The position numbers and the translations under genes are program-made. This document shows positions 37,996 to 49,910 of a stretch of DNA of 59,194 nucleotides, one piece after another. The notes beneath the pieces were generated by a model. That model searched no databases, was not told the DNA's origin, and was given only the letters and a program-made list of their open reading frames with translations. Source of the DNA: Macrostomum lignano (Eukaryota); NCBI GenBank assembly GCA_002269645.1, contig NIVC01003558.1, positions 1 through 59,194 on the forward strand. The letters are read 5' to 3'. Position 1 is the first letter of the stretch. Each line of letters opens with the position of its first letter.

Positions 37996-40699
37996 AAATG
38001 AATATAAAAATGTCTAAAAATTTATATTGTCTTATATAAATTTATTAATATAAGAAATTAATATATCAAATAGACAATAGACAATATATTAAATAAACAA
38101 TTAAATTAAATATATTAAATAGAAAATTTTGTTAAACATTGTGATTAAACAATATCTAAACGTTTTTTTCATAAAACTAATATATGTAAAAAAGCTTAAT
38201 TAAAATATTAATTAAAAACATGCTTTCAAACAAAAATGATCATATTGTCTAATACTAACAGGTCAAATAAGTAATTCCTTAGTTTGCCACATTAAATTAT
38301 CTTTATCTATTTTCTTTGTTGTCAATATAAATCATGGCTAGACAACCTAAGTACCTATAACTATAATACTTCTTATCAATTTATAGCTATTAGCTGATCT
38401 CTATGACTTTGATATTACTCACAGATATCTATATAAGCTAGTGCTATTGTGGTAGGCCAGTCTACCACTAGGAGAACGATGGTAGACCTTCAACACGGAC
38501 AAGGCGCACTGTTATTATTTTCCAGCCACTGACAGCTGACGTCACTTAATTTCAATGTATGTCCCCTTGACTATTCCCCCTTTTGTCCCCGCCTTTGCTC
38601 CTTTGCCTGCTTCCTTTGCTGCTTCTTCCTGTGCTCTTTTGTTATTATACCGCTTCCAACAGCCAGGTTTTTCCTTTTTCCTTTAGGTGTCTCTTCCCTT
38701 GTCCCTTCCGTTGTCTTACCCTCTAGGTTTAGCTGTGTCATTTAATATTTAAGTGTTGCATGAAACCAATCTTGCTCTCATGTGTCTCCTTTACTCTGTC
38801 TTACTCTGTTTAGCTTGTTTTGCCCTAGCTCTTAGCGTCTAATTGTTTTATTAATTTGTTGCTCACTTTCGGCATTGCTGATTTGCCTCACTCGTATGTC
38901 AACCAACAATAGTAATAATAATCCTTTAGTACTTGAATTGTAACTACTCATTATCCAGTGCATAATACTATAAATAATAACAAGCCAAAAGTTACATCAA
39001 ATATTTATTCATTCATTCCTAATTGAAGCCTCTAGTCTATATTGAGTCATTTGCCCATGGGGCATAAAATAACCAATCAGTCTCAACTCAAAGAAAGCTC
39101 TGAGACCCTCAACATTCTGTAATACGAAATTATGGTGGTGGTAACACTACTTTGTTACTGAGAGTAACAAACCGAATGTATTGACAGATTACGGAATTTA
39201 TGGTATTTGAGGACCCAATTTGAATGACCATGCTGTTAAAAGACTACTTGACTGCGATTACAACTAGGCCTACCCTCGCTCCCGGAATTGAGGACCCCGG
39301 CAGATGGAACATCCAAGGAGAAGGATCAGCGCTTCAGTTTATAAAAATTTTTGGCTTTACAAGTGCTGAAACAATATCGATGGAAGTCAAAGTTCAAAAC
39401 CACTCATTTTCCAGTGTTAGCTAATGACAGCAACTGACGATGTTCAAATTCAAACCCAACTCCCAAGTTTATTTCTTTTTCTATCCCACCTCACTATTAG
39501 CAATGGGTACTAAGTTAATTATACAATGGCTAGCTAATTATCATTTGATAGCCAACTTATAGGACTATAGCCACTATTTTGAAACTATAGGTATATAGCT
39601 TTAATATTGGAGCAGAGCTTGCTATATTGATAGATATACATATAATTAGTCTTATCTTACCTATCAAACCTAGTCTTTTATTATCCACATCCAGAAGGTT
39701 AGCTTCTTTGAAAAAATATTCTAATACTAGGTTACCTAATAGTATTACTACTATATCATAGTCTAGATCATGGCAAATACATGTTAGAATATCCCAAACC
39801 AAAATTTACAAATGCATACCAATCTTAAGCAAATATATATCAAAGCCAAACAAATCCATAGCATATGTGTTAATGGACTAGGAAGGAGAATATTATAAAA
39901 TATTTTAAACTATACAAAAGGCCAATGAATGGAGATCTAATATAATTCATTCAAAACTTAATTTTAAACTTGTGCCATTGCCCATTGTGGTTGTACTTAG
40001 CAACATTGAAAAGTCACCACTCTAGGCCTATATACTAATGAGCAATTTCTGTTAGACTATTTAGAAATAAAAGATATGAAATAAATTTATTTTATAGGCA
40101 TAGGCTATAAATTTAGCTTCATAGCAACATAGCTTCATTGCAGTCAAATCACAAAAAAACATTTTTTCTAAGTACTTGCCCTCAATTTTTGGATTTTGCC
40201 ATAGAGTTAGGCCCTAAATGGATAGCCTAGGCTATATAGCAAAGCATTCTGCTATCCATATGAAGGCTAAGATTAAGAAGCCCTAATTTACTTAATAGAC
40301 TCATTTTAGACTGTATCATGTATGTTATTATGGCACTGAACTGAGGCAAGAATCAAAACACATTTATTATACATATATATATATTTTAGTACTTACTTAT
40401 CAATTTTATTTTAGCCTAGCCTTGCTAGCCTATACCTATCTAGGTATGCCCCAGGTTGCGGATGGTATGCATGTACGCCGGAACTTTTCCTAGACTATGA
40501 TGTCACTAGCCTAACAGTAATTAATTTGAGTAATTAATAGTTTTATTCCTGTGCTTTCGGGGAAATCTCGCATATCTGTTTTTAAATCGTTGCCATCAGA
40601 CCGCGCCGATACGTGAAGTGACCAAGGAGACCACTCAACTTTTTTAAACTTGAGTACAAGTAGGTCCTTGGACGTGACATTCAGTATGCACAGGACGTC

Positions 40700-40970
40700 A
40701 GTGGGCCTTTTCATATTGCTTGCTCTGGTTCCAGAACCAGAACTAATTTGTGAAGTATAACTTTTTGTCTCCATAACTAGAGGGAGATACGTGCTATAAA
40801 GTTTTTATTATTGAATGACAATCGCCAAGAAGAAAGTGAAAAATTGTGCTAAGTTATGTTGTTAAGGCAGTCAAATATTAACAGAGTTTAATAGTTATAC
40901 TGCTGTTTTTCTTGGAATTCCGAACCGATTCTGGTTCTGGAATTGGTAATATGAAAAGGCCCAGTGATAA
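40700..40970. repeat. Short inverted-repeat (MITE-like) element
   Basis: TGGGCCTTTTCATATT...TTCCAGAACCAGAA (about 40702-40745) pairs with TTCTGGTTCTGGAA...AATATGAAAAGGCCCA (about 40928-40963). Confidence 0.5.
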
Positions 40971-41339
40971 TAGTTTTCTTGACTATAGAAATGAAGAGTA
41001 AAATTACGTATTCTATCCCACGTACATATATACATGTTTCCTATACATACGGAGTTCAAAGTAGATCTCTTTCAGCTTCTTAGCATATCAGGACTCTGCG
41101 TCACGCGTCAGTCGGAGGTTTGATGAAATTTTAACTGTATTGTTATTTAAAATTTTCAACCTAAAAGCACCGAACGACTCTTTCTCTGAAGTATAACATG
41201 CAGTAGTATGATGGTTCAATAATGCGGTGTTTTTATTGATACCGGCAAACTCGTGTCTGGCTGGCGTTGCTCCAAAACTAAGGGGAACGCTGCATGCCAT
41301 TTACGCATTGCTGGCAGATCACAAAATTTATGAACTGGT

Positions 41340-43760
41340 TTGTGCTGCCAGCACTAATTAAACTGGCGTTTGTGTACACCGCCAACCCCCCGGCTTGCGC
41401 CCATCCCCTCCCTCGGGAGGGTTTTTATGCCTGCGGGCTAGCTGAGTCTGTGTCTCGCTGCGCGCTTAAAATTTTTGGAAAAAATTTTTGGACTGCTGAG
41501 TCATGTCACAAACCAGCTATAGGAGCTGCGCACCGCACCGCCTTGCGTGCAAGAGGCCTGCATACTGCAAGAGAGACTCCGACAGGCGGAGGCACGAGAC
41601 TCAGCAGGAGCGCAATCGATCTCTGGACTCATCGAAGATCGTGACAGCAGAGATCATCCAAGGAGGCAGGAGCTCAGCAAGATGTCTTAAGACGACAGGA
41701 GGGCGACAGCCGGCGACAGGAGGGCGGCAGAAGAGACCCACGGGATGGCAACCTGGACCGGGAGCTGCTGGAGGCGGAGAAGCAGCTGCGCCTGCTGACG
41801 ATTCGCCGGGATCAAGCGCGCATGGAGACTGAGATCCGGCAGCTGGGTGGCTAGGTTGATGAGCCGCCGCAACGAACACCGAATGTCGCGGTACCCGGTG
41901 AGTACTCAATGCCTTGAGGACTTGGTGTTCGGACCCACAGCTGGAGGGGCAAATGAGGTGCAGCAGCCAGGACAACAGCATCCGAGCACGTATCGGGTGC
42001 CAGACTTCATCAGCACTCGGAAGCAGCTGTCGCTGAACAAATCGAGCCAGGCGGGGAAGCAGTTAACTCTGGACAGTCTGTCTGTTGGTGACTGGATTAC
42101 CGGGAATTCGAATGCGCTGATGTAGATGCTGAAGGACGGCAGGCTTCTGGTTCTCAGAGACGGCGCCATCGACATGTCGGAGTTGCTTGAGTACCTGAAG
42201 CACACAGCCAAGATCGGCGACCTCCTTGACCTCGGTTTCGACCGCGGTCGCGTGTTGCGCTACGACGACCAGTTCAGGGTGCAGCAGGCGGGTGCCGGCG
42301 CCGGGGACAGCTCGGTGACCGACCTCGGATTGGTAGCGGCGCACCTGATGGCACCGGGTACGCAATGGCAGGCTGGTGCTGCGGCTAGGCCAGCACCGAA
42401 GCGAACGGTCTGCTTCGACTACAACAGACTGTCCGGCTGCCACCGCAATCCGTGCCGGTTCACGCACTGTTGTTTGCGCTGTGGCCAGGCGCACTCGGAG
42501 GCCACCTTCCACGGATCGGAGGGTGGCCCGACGGCAAAAAACTGATGGGCGGGGTTCGGCGGCAGGGGTCTCTTAACATCGATTCGCCTGCCCCTGCTGC
42601 TGCTTTCGATGAACCCCGTGACAAGGGCGACTCTGGCGGAGCTCGCGCAGTTCGTTCTCTCCGGTGTGAAGGAGGGTTTCCGCATTAGGAATGTCAGTTG
42701 CATCGTCGACACTGTTGAGCAGGATAACTACGGATCCATCAGTCAGCACCGTGTCAGTGTTCAGGCTCAAGTTCGTGAGGAGCTGCAGACGGGCAGATAT
42801 CGCGTTTGTGCAAAGCCGGCGATTGTGAGCGCCCTGGGCGCCATTGCCAAGTCGGGTGGAGGCATCCGGCTCATCCATGACTGCAGCCAGCCTGACCGCC
42901 GCCTTTCTCCTTTTGCAGGTCGCCTCCCTGGGTCTCTCGTGCACATCAGCGCTCTCTCCGCCAAATTCCAACTTCCGGAAGTCCGCCAACTTCCGCCAAC
43001 TCCGGCAGCGGAGCCGAGCCGCAAGCTGCCTGTGTCTCCCGAGATTTTAACAAGGCTGGGTCGCCAAGCTGACTGCTCGAACCCAGCACAAGCTGCCTGC
43101 TGAGCTTCAGTCATGTGCGCCTGGTGGGGCATGTTTAGGAAGTCTAGCCTGTTGCCTGTTGGGCGCGCTGATCCGCCAGTGCTGCGGCTCAGTTCTCTGT
43201 CAGAGTGCAAGGACGGTCTGCTTCTGCTTGTCCAGCTGTGGGAAAAGCAACCAGTTCGGGATGAGCCACAGGGTAATGCTGCCGCAGTTGACGCCCGGTC
43301 ACCCGCTCTGTCCCGTCGCGGCGCTGCAAGATCATCTTCGCTGCAATCGTTTGAGGCTTCTCTGACATCCCGGATGTTGGACGTGCAGTTCAAGTGCTGG
43401 CTCGATAAGGCGGGCATCAGCGCGGCAGGCTACTCCGTGCACAGCTTGCGGAGGGGTGCAGCCACCTGGGCGGCGCGTTTCGGTCTGTCAGTCAGGGAGA
43501 TCCAGAGCGTGGGCGACTGGCGCAGCGACGCAGTGAACTGTTATTTGTCGCCTGGCGATGCAGCTTTCGGCGCTGCTCGGAAGCTGGCCGTTGCTTTGCT
43601 TTCTAGGGGCTGGTCGCCTCTTTGCCCCTTTTCCTTTTGCGCCTGCTTTTGTTTGGTGTTGGGGGCTCCGTTGCCAGGCTCCCTCACTTCGTCTGCTCGC
43701 CAGCTATGTGTCTTGTGTGTCCTTTGTTGAGGTGGCGGTGTGCACTAAAGTAAATTAAGT
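41340..43760 (+). mobile_element. Decayed tyrosine-recombinase retrotransposon (DIRS order, Ngaro-like) with most of RT/RNase H deleted
   Basis: Gag-like ORF1 ends in CFDYNRLSGCHRNPCRFTHCCLRCGQAH. RT N-terminus VSALGAIAKSGGGIRLIHDCSQP. Tyrosine recombinase motifs GMFRKSSLLP, KSNQFG...LCPVAAL (shifted frame), YSVHSLRRGAAT and GDWRSDAVNCY. Several in-frame stops and frameshifts. Confidence 0.85.
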
Positions 43761-45280
43761 TTTGTGCCGGATTGGCAGCTTACCGCCTGGTGCCTCAATA
43801 GGCAACACTTTCGAAGCATATTCTTGATTAATTCCCTATCAGTTCGCCTTTGGTGCCTCAAAATGCCTCGTCAATGTGCGTGAGGCGCGGGCGTATCGCC
43901 AAATGCAATCAGCAGCAAATAGTACCGATCCTGCACCATTTTGGGCAGTACATGCATCACTCAGTAAGGAAAAGAGCTAGGCCTACAAACAAAGGCCACA
44001 CTGATCATGAACGGTGCAACAGGTCGCTTGGATGAACAAGCCAGTGTGGCTTTATAAGACGCTCGTCACATCTTAAAGGTGTGTGCTATTCAGTTGCGAC
44101 AGCTAATTTCGGGGAAGCTCATGGCGACTTTTAAACCATGCAGCTGACCGCAGAGCTGTAGACGAACTGCTGACACTACTGACCGACGATAGTTCCGTCG
44201 TCTGCTCATTAGAGAATATCACGGCCTCGATGTCAAACCAAAAGGCAAAAAGGAAATTATAAAGATATGTACTGTGTCAAACTAAGGTTGATTTTTAAGG
44301 GTCAAATTGGAGCTAGCTGGCTTATGACTTTCAGTCCAGTCGTAAAATACTGTTATCATACTGTATGCACATGGACAATACAGCTAAGTTAATGCTGGTT
44401 GGTTTATATCAATCAATTAGTTGATCATGCACGTATGAGTATCAAGCCCAACGTGCACTCGTAATATTGATGACCTATGACACTTGTTACACTCACTCTG
44501 ATCTAGAAAAGCCTGAAAAGGTAAGGTTGAAGTTTTCAAAAATAATATATTCGGGTGTGTCATAAGTAATGTCACTGCATGCCTCTGTCTGAAGTATATA
44601 AGCATATGCACTTGTGGGTAGTGCAGCTTCAAAGTATACTTAATGAAGCAATACCAGCGCGTTCCAGATGTGCATAGGATACTTATGGCCCAGCTTATCG
44701 CAAGAATTCGTTATGCAGATTAAGCAAGTGCAACGCGATGAAATTTCATCTATACAGCGAACAGCATCACCATGAATCACGACAAGACAGACGCCTGCTA
44801 GGTGTTCAGCAACCGGGGGTTTGAATGACATTCTAAACTGCCTGGTTGTTGAGGATGAGACCTGGCTCAACCTGATGGCAAGGGCAGCAAGGCAGACAAT
44901 CGCTGCTGGCTGGGAGCTGGGGACTCCAGGGCGACCACGACCAAAACGTCCATCTTGGACAAGAAGACCATGCTACTGGTGCCTTCACGCCAAACAAACG
45001 AGTCTATATCCGTAGATTTTATGTACATGTTGAATAAATATATAGAAAGTATGATTATAGCTTTCTCTAGTCAAGGACATTTTATTTTTGTGGTTTTTAA
45101 CGTGGTAAAATAAAAAAGCTTAATTTGCCTACTTACTAATGCAGTCTACTTGAATTCTCATTTAGTATGACAAATTACAGAGCAGAAGCAAATACATTTT
45201 ATAGAGGCAGCAATAAATCCCACATTTACGCATTTGCTCAAACTAACAGTAGCTGCTAAATTTGAGAGCAGCTGCCGAGC

Positions 45281-47040
45281 CTACTTCTTGGCCAGTTTGA
45301 GGCTGTCCGAAGTCACAGTGCTGACAGCCGGGGACGCGGCGCTCACATGGACAACATTGCCGGACTTCCTCTGTCTCCGAGTTCTGACAATCAGGTTGTA
45401 AAGCAGCTCGATGAGCTCGCACAGGCTAAGCAGGCTGCAGCCGAGGTAGATGCCAGCAGTGCCGCCCATATCGGCAATGTAAGTCTGCAGAGAATAGCCG
45501 GGCGACAGAATGATCTGCGAGCTCCTCGACTCCTCGCTACGCAGCGTCACCTTCAGGCCTGAGCGCGAGAAGAACTTTGCCGCCATACTTTCCGCGCTTG
45601 AACGATCATTTATTGGCGGGGTCGTGAAGTATTCCAAGAACTTGTAAATAGCCACCCACGCAGGTCTGGAGACAGTGCGAGAAACATCAAAGACGGCCTT
45701 CATGGTGTTCATAATTAGACGAACCTGTCCATTCTCATTTGGCCAATTTGCGCTGGAAATGCTGGTCTCGTACGTCCGGGTCAGGCACAGCTGCCTGTTC
45801 TGGCACAGCCGCTGGAAGTCTTTCAGCGTAGCCGTGTCAGCCGTGAAGGCATGCATGAGATTCGACTGGATCTCTGACTCATTTAGGCCGCTCGTGTTCA
45901 GGCATAATCTCACATTTCTGTACTCCCATGGCAGCGGGTTCACATATGGACTGCAACCGTTCTGAGACAGCTGCCGGGCAAACTCTGAGAAGTAGCAGAA
46001 GCTGTTGCTGTAGCTGAAATTGTACGCCGAGCCATTGTACGGATTGACAAACTGCACCTCGGGAGCCTCGGTCAGGCACTGTCCATCGTATGCTTTCGGA
46101 TCCTTCTTGATGTTCTGCATGGTGAGTCCAATGCTGTAAGATCTGCCTGGAGCAAGCAGAAAGTTTGTTACAAACCTGCTCGGATATTCTCCCCTCGGTG
46201 CCAGGTACAGCCTCATTCCCATGGGTCTGTCGATCTCATATGGAGTATCAAGGTCCCAATCATACACGTATGCGGTTAGGTTGTTGTACAATGGCACAGT
46301 TACGCTCTGCACCTGGTCATAATCAGTGTATTTAAGCGTAGAACTGAAGTCGGTGAAGTACGGATCGAGGATGAATTGGAAGCTGATCTCCGAATTGACC
46401 TTGCTCAGCTGAGCCCGTCTCTGTTTGGTCATTTTGACTTTGAGGCACTTCAGGTGGTTCGGATGATAGAAGGGCTTGAGGGAGATGCCCGACTTGCTTT
46501 CGTTCTTCAGCACCGTCTGCTGCTCCTTGTGAGCGAGATTGTCCACGAGCAGATTGTAAGGCATCGACTGGATGGCGGACTTCAGCCTGAACAGCTTCAT
46601 GTGATCGATTTGAGACGCGGTGGCGCTCGAGAGCGACGAGTTGAGCAGCCGCTGCGTCGCGGAATCAAAGGCGGCAAAAGTGGCGCTCATCCGGCTGTTG
46701 ATGTCGGCGACAACTGCACCGGGAAGCGTGACAGAGTAGGTGCCAGATATCTGGACGTTGTTGCAGAAGTACACGTCAGGAAACTCAAAGTCCACAGCCT
46801 CAGCCTCGTAAGATGTGCTGACTTCGCCTTTGAGCAGCTTGGTGGTGAATCCGTGCATGCTGTACGTGAACACCCCAGCAGGGCCAGGAAGGCCAGCAGC
46901 CAGCAGAGCTTGATGTAGAGCGGCCTCTGGCCCGCCAGCTTGCTGAGCCCGTGGGCTGTGGTCTCGCTGGCCGCTTCCAGCAGGACCTGCTTCACCAGCG
47001 CTCCGCTGGTCGAACTCGAGCTCTTTGCATCAGTAGTCAT
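45281..47040 (-). CDS. DEG/ENaC (ASIC/FaNaC-superfamily) sodium channel, single exon, about 586 aa, with a 1-nt frameshift at 46873-46876
   Basis: Pre-TM1 TTAHG; TM1 KLCWLLAFLALLG|VFTYSM; FPDVYFCN; GMRLYL; Cys-containing thumb; TM2 YIADMGGTAGIYLGCSLLSLCELIELL with a GxS filter. ATG-to-stop span is 1760 nt, one short of 587 codons; adding one G to the GGGG run joins the two ORFs. Confidence 0.88.
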
Positions 47041-48544
47041 GGTAACGCTGTGAAAGTAGGAGGTGCGGCTGAAGATTGACTTTTGCTTGCAGGGTCTCCA
47101 CAGCTTTGCTTCTGAGCTTCGGCGTTTCCCGTGTAGATTTATAGAGTAAGCTGGGCAAAAGCAAATTGAGTTATGAGCAAGCGGTTCATGAGCATATCTG
47201 CTAGTGAACAGAGATCTGGTGGCAAAAATGTTCTGAAGTGGCTCGTGAAGCACCAAACCTTATGATTTAGTTGGGCAGTTGGACAGTGCCCTGCTAGCAA
47301 CTGCATCTGAATCGACTGCATTTTGATTGGTTGCCTGAAGCAGTGACGGGACTTTGCTTGTACTAATAGGCCACATCGATTGATCACCTGCTCCACGAGG
47401 CAGGTGCATGGTTCTGTGTTCTCAGCACAAATTACCTCTGCCAACACCCTTTTTTAAATATTTGCTTAATTGGGCGCAGAGGATTGAAATTTTATACTCT
47501 GTTCACTTTCTACAAAGATTGAAGAAACTAAAACGCTGATCAACTCCATGATTACAAATGTACTTCAATTTATACTATGCTCATTCTATTTTACATGAAA
47601 TTGCTGCAGATCCAAGTACGAGTGTGATTTGATGTCTCATTTGGTGGCGATTGCGAATGAGTATCAATTCATGCTCAGAATTCAGTGATTAGCAAGTGCT
47701 TCGGTGAGTGTAGCCGATCAAGACGACAGTCAACCGTCAGCCAACCGGGAGGCAGGCAGTCATGTCAATTCTGCTGACCGCTGAGCACACACAGCGGGCC
47801 CGCGACCCTGACTTTCTCATTGCCAGGCATGTCTACTCTCTACATAAGCCTATCTGCACACTGGCCTTCGTTCTCGCGACCTGGCCAGAAGTTGCTTTCG
47901 TTGCCATCTTCTAAAGGACTCTAACAGAGACAAAACGATTCCCACTTCAACCCGTATATTTAACCAGTGTTTTCCCAGTCAACTGGGAGAAGAAACTGCA
48001 TGATCATTAATTTTAGCCACTTGAATAACATTATTGGATTCTCGGGTTTTGGGAATTTCCGTATGCTAGCCGATGCGGAGAAGCAGTTTCGCGTTTATTT
48101 GCTTACTTTGCAGTCTCCTAGAAACCATCTGTGGTATTTGTTCTATAAGCTTTTTCCTTCACATTGTGATTTTAAGGATTGGGGGCTCAGCGCAATCGTT
48201 CAGTTCTGTGTTCGTCAGTCGTTTCTAGCGATTGGCTTTTTGTAAAAACCGGTCCAACTTTGTGAAACTTTTCACAGAAATCAATAAATTATAAACTAAG
48301 TTCTTCCAATTGGTTTAGCGCAGCTTTTGGAAGCAGAGCAATAATAAAATCTCTTACTGTGTATACAAAATTTTGAATAGAAATTTTAATGTCTGTCAAC
48401 GGGTGAAGACCTGACTCAGTGTCTACGACCTATTGACAACCAGTAGGAACTTTTTGCAGAATCTCAAGTTTAGAAACGCATGTAAAACTTCGGCGTCATC
48501 GTCCCACAAACAGCGCTGAGGCAACTCAGAATGGGAATCGCAAG

Positions 48545-48665
48545 ACAAACACGGCCTCTTTTCGTGCACAAAGCTCCAAATTAATGTGAACGCCCACGGA
48601 ATCGAACTACGTGCTGCAGTGGCACACGACAGTCAGACACGTTTACCGCTGAGCTGCTTTGCCCC
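48545..48665 (-). mobile_element. tRNA-derived SINE head, same family as 7503-7860
   Basis: Minus strand CAGCTCAGCGGTAAACG...AGTTCGATTCCGTGGGCGTTCACATTAATTTGG. Confidence 0.5.
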
Positions 48666-48846
48666 CTCCCTATTTCTATTTTTAGAACTCGGAAATGTCG
48701 CTATTGGTGCCCTAGACAATCAAGCGTACAGTTAGCGATAGATTCCCAAGATGAGTCAAAGAGCTAGATTATTGATAGCAAGAGATTTTAATGTCCGTAA
48801 GTATCAACACCTACGATTGCAACCGCTGATTCAATCCAAATAAAGC

Positions 48847-49722
48847 ATGACCGATGCAACAAGCAGTAGCAGCAAGAACTGCAGCAGCAGCAGCGGCACC
48901 AGTCTCAGCAGAGACGGCGGAGTCGGTGTGATCATTGACAGCAGCGGCAGCCACACTGGCAGCACATGCAGCAGTCCCGAGGACAGCAGGACCACAGCGG
49001 CTGTGAGCTCCAGTTGCACCCGGCATGGGAAAACCGGCAGGCGAGCGTGAGTCTAAAATTTTATGTGTATTAATATTAAATTCGCCCGCTTCATCAGAAC
49101 TCATCTATGCGATGCTAAACCTAACCAGAAGCTGATTATAATTGAACAGACTGGCTTTGCGGTCAAACGCTGCCCACTGGCGAAAGTACTGGTCTAATGT
49201 GCACCGGGTGAGTTGAAAACTTTGCTAAGCTTTCAATGTCGCTAGAATTTGATTCAATTTGATCAACCAACCAATGGCCCCCACGCCGACAGAAGATCAA
49301 CCGGCGACACGAGAGCGGCACCTGGAGTGAATCGCCAGCCGCCTGCGGCACCGCTAGCCGAAGCAACAGCCAGTTGATGGCAGCCTCCGACTCGTCACTG
49401 ACGCCCGACGCTCGACTACAGGATGATCTTATGTCGCAAAACAGCAATGGTGAGGGCGCTCAGTTTTATGTTTTCTATTTTAGTTTGCGGGACAACTTAA
49501 AATAGGTTTTCTATCCTTCGTTCTAGCGTAGGTCGAGTTAGAACTTCGAAAGGTTGAACGAAGCAAAAATCGTCCCACTCAATCAATAAAATCTAAAACC
49601 AACAATGCAAAAAAAACTTTTAAGCCTGAATTGATTAAAGCCTGAGAAATGCCATTCCATTATCCCGAAAGACCAGCAGCAGGTAATCAACCAGATCGAC
49701 GAGTCTACAGGCGAGTCGGGGG
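48847..49722 (+). CDS. Predicted upstream exons (48847-49046, 49150-49207, 49293-49449, 49672-49722) of the unrecognised gene interrupted by the Gypsy element
   Basis: GTGAG donors at 49047, 49208 and 49450. Phases 2/0/1 chain into one open frame that continues across the reconstructed empty site into 54357-54433. Acceptor choices were made by eye. Confidence 0.4.
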
Positions 49723-49910
49723 TGTAGTGACTCAGACAAAATCGGAGGGTTTGCGAGTGCACGAAGAATCTTAGAAATGGGCCGACTTGCCCTGCAAGTA
49801 TATTTATATATGTGAAGAGTAAGTGCGCGTGAGTCTTACGTAATACATTGCAACACGTGACTAATAATATTTGCGCGCCAATATTGTACATCGCACTGAA
49901 CTACACTACA
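49723..49910 (-). repeat. 3' LTR of the young Gypsy element
   Basis: Identical by eye to 54164-54351; TG...CA termini. Confidence 0.95.
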
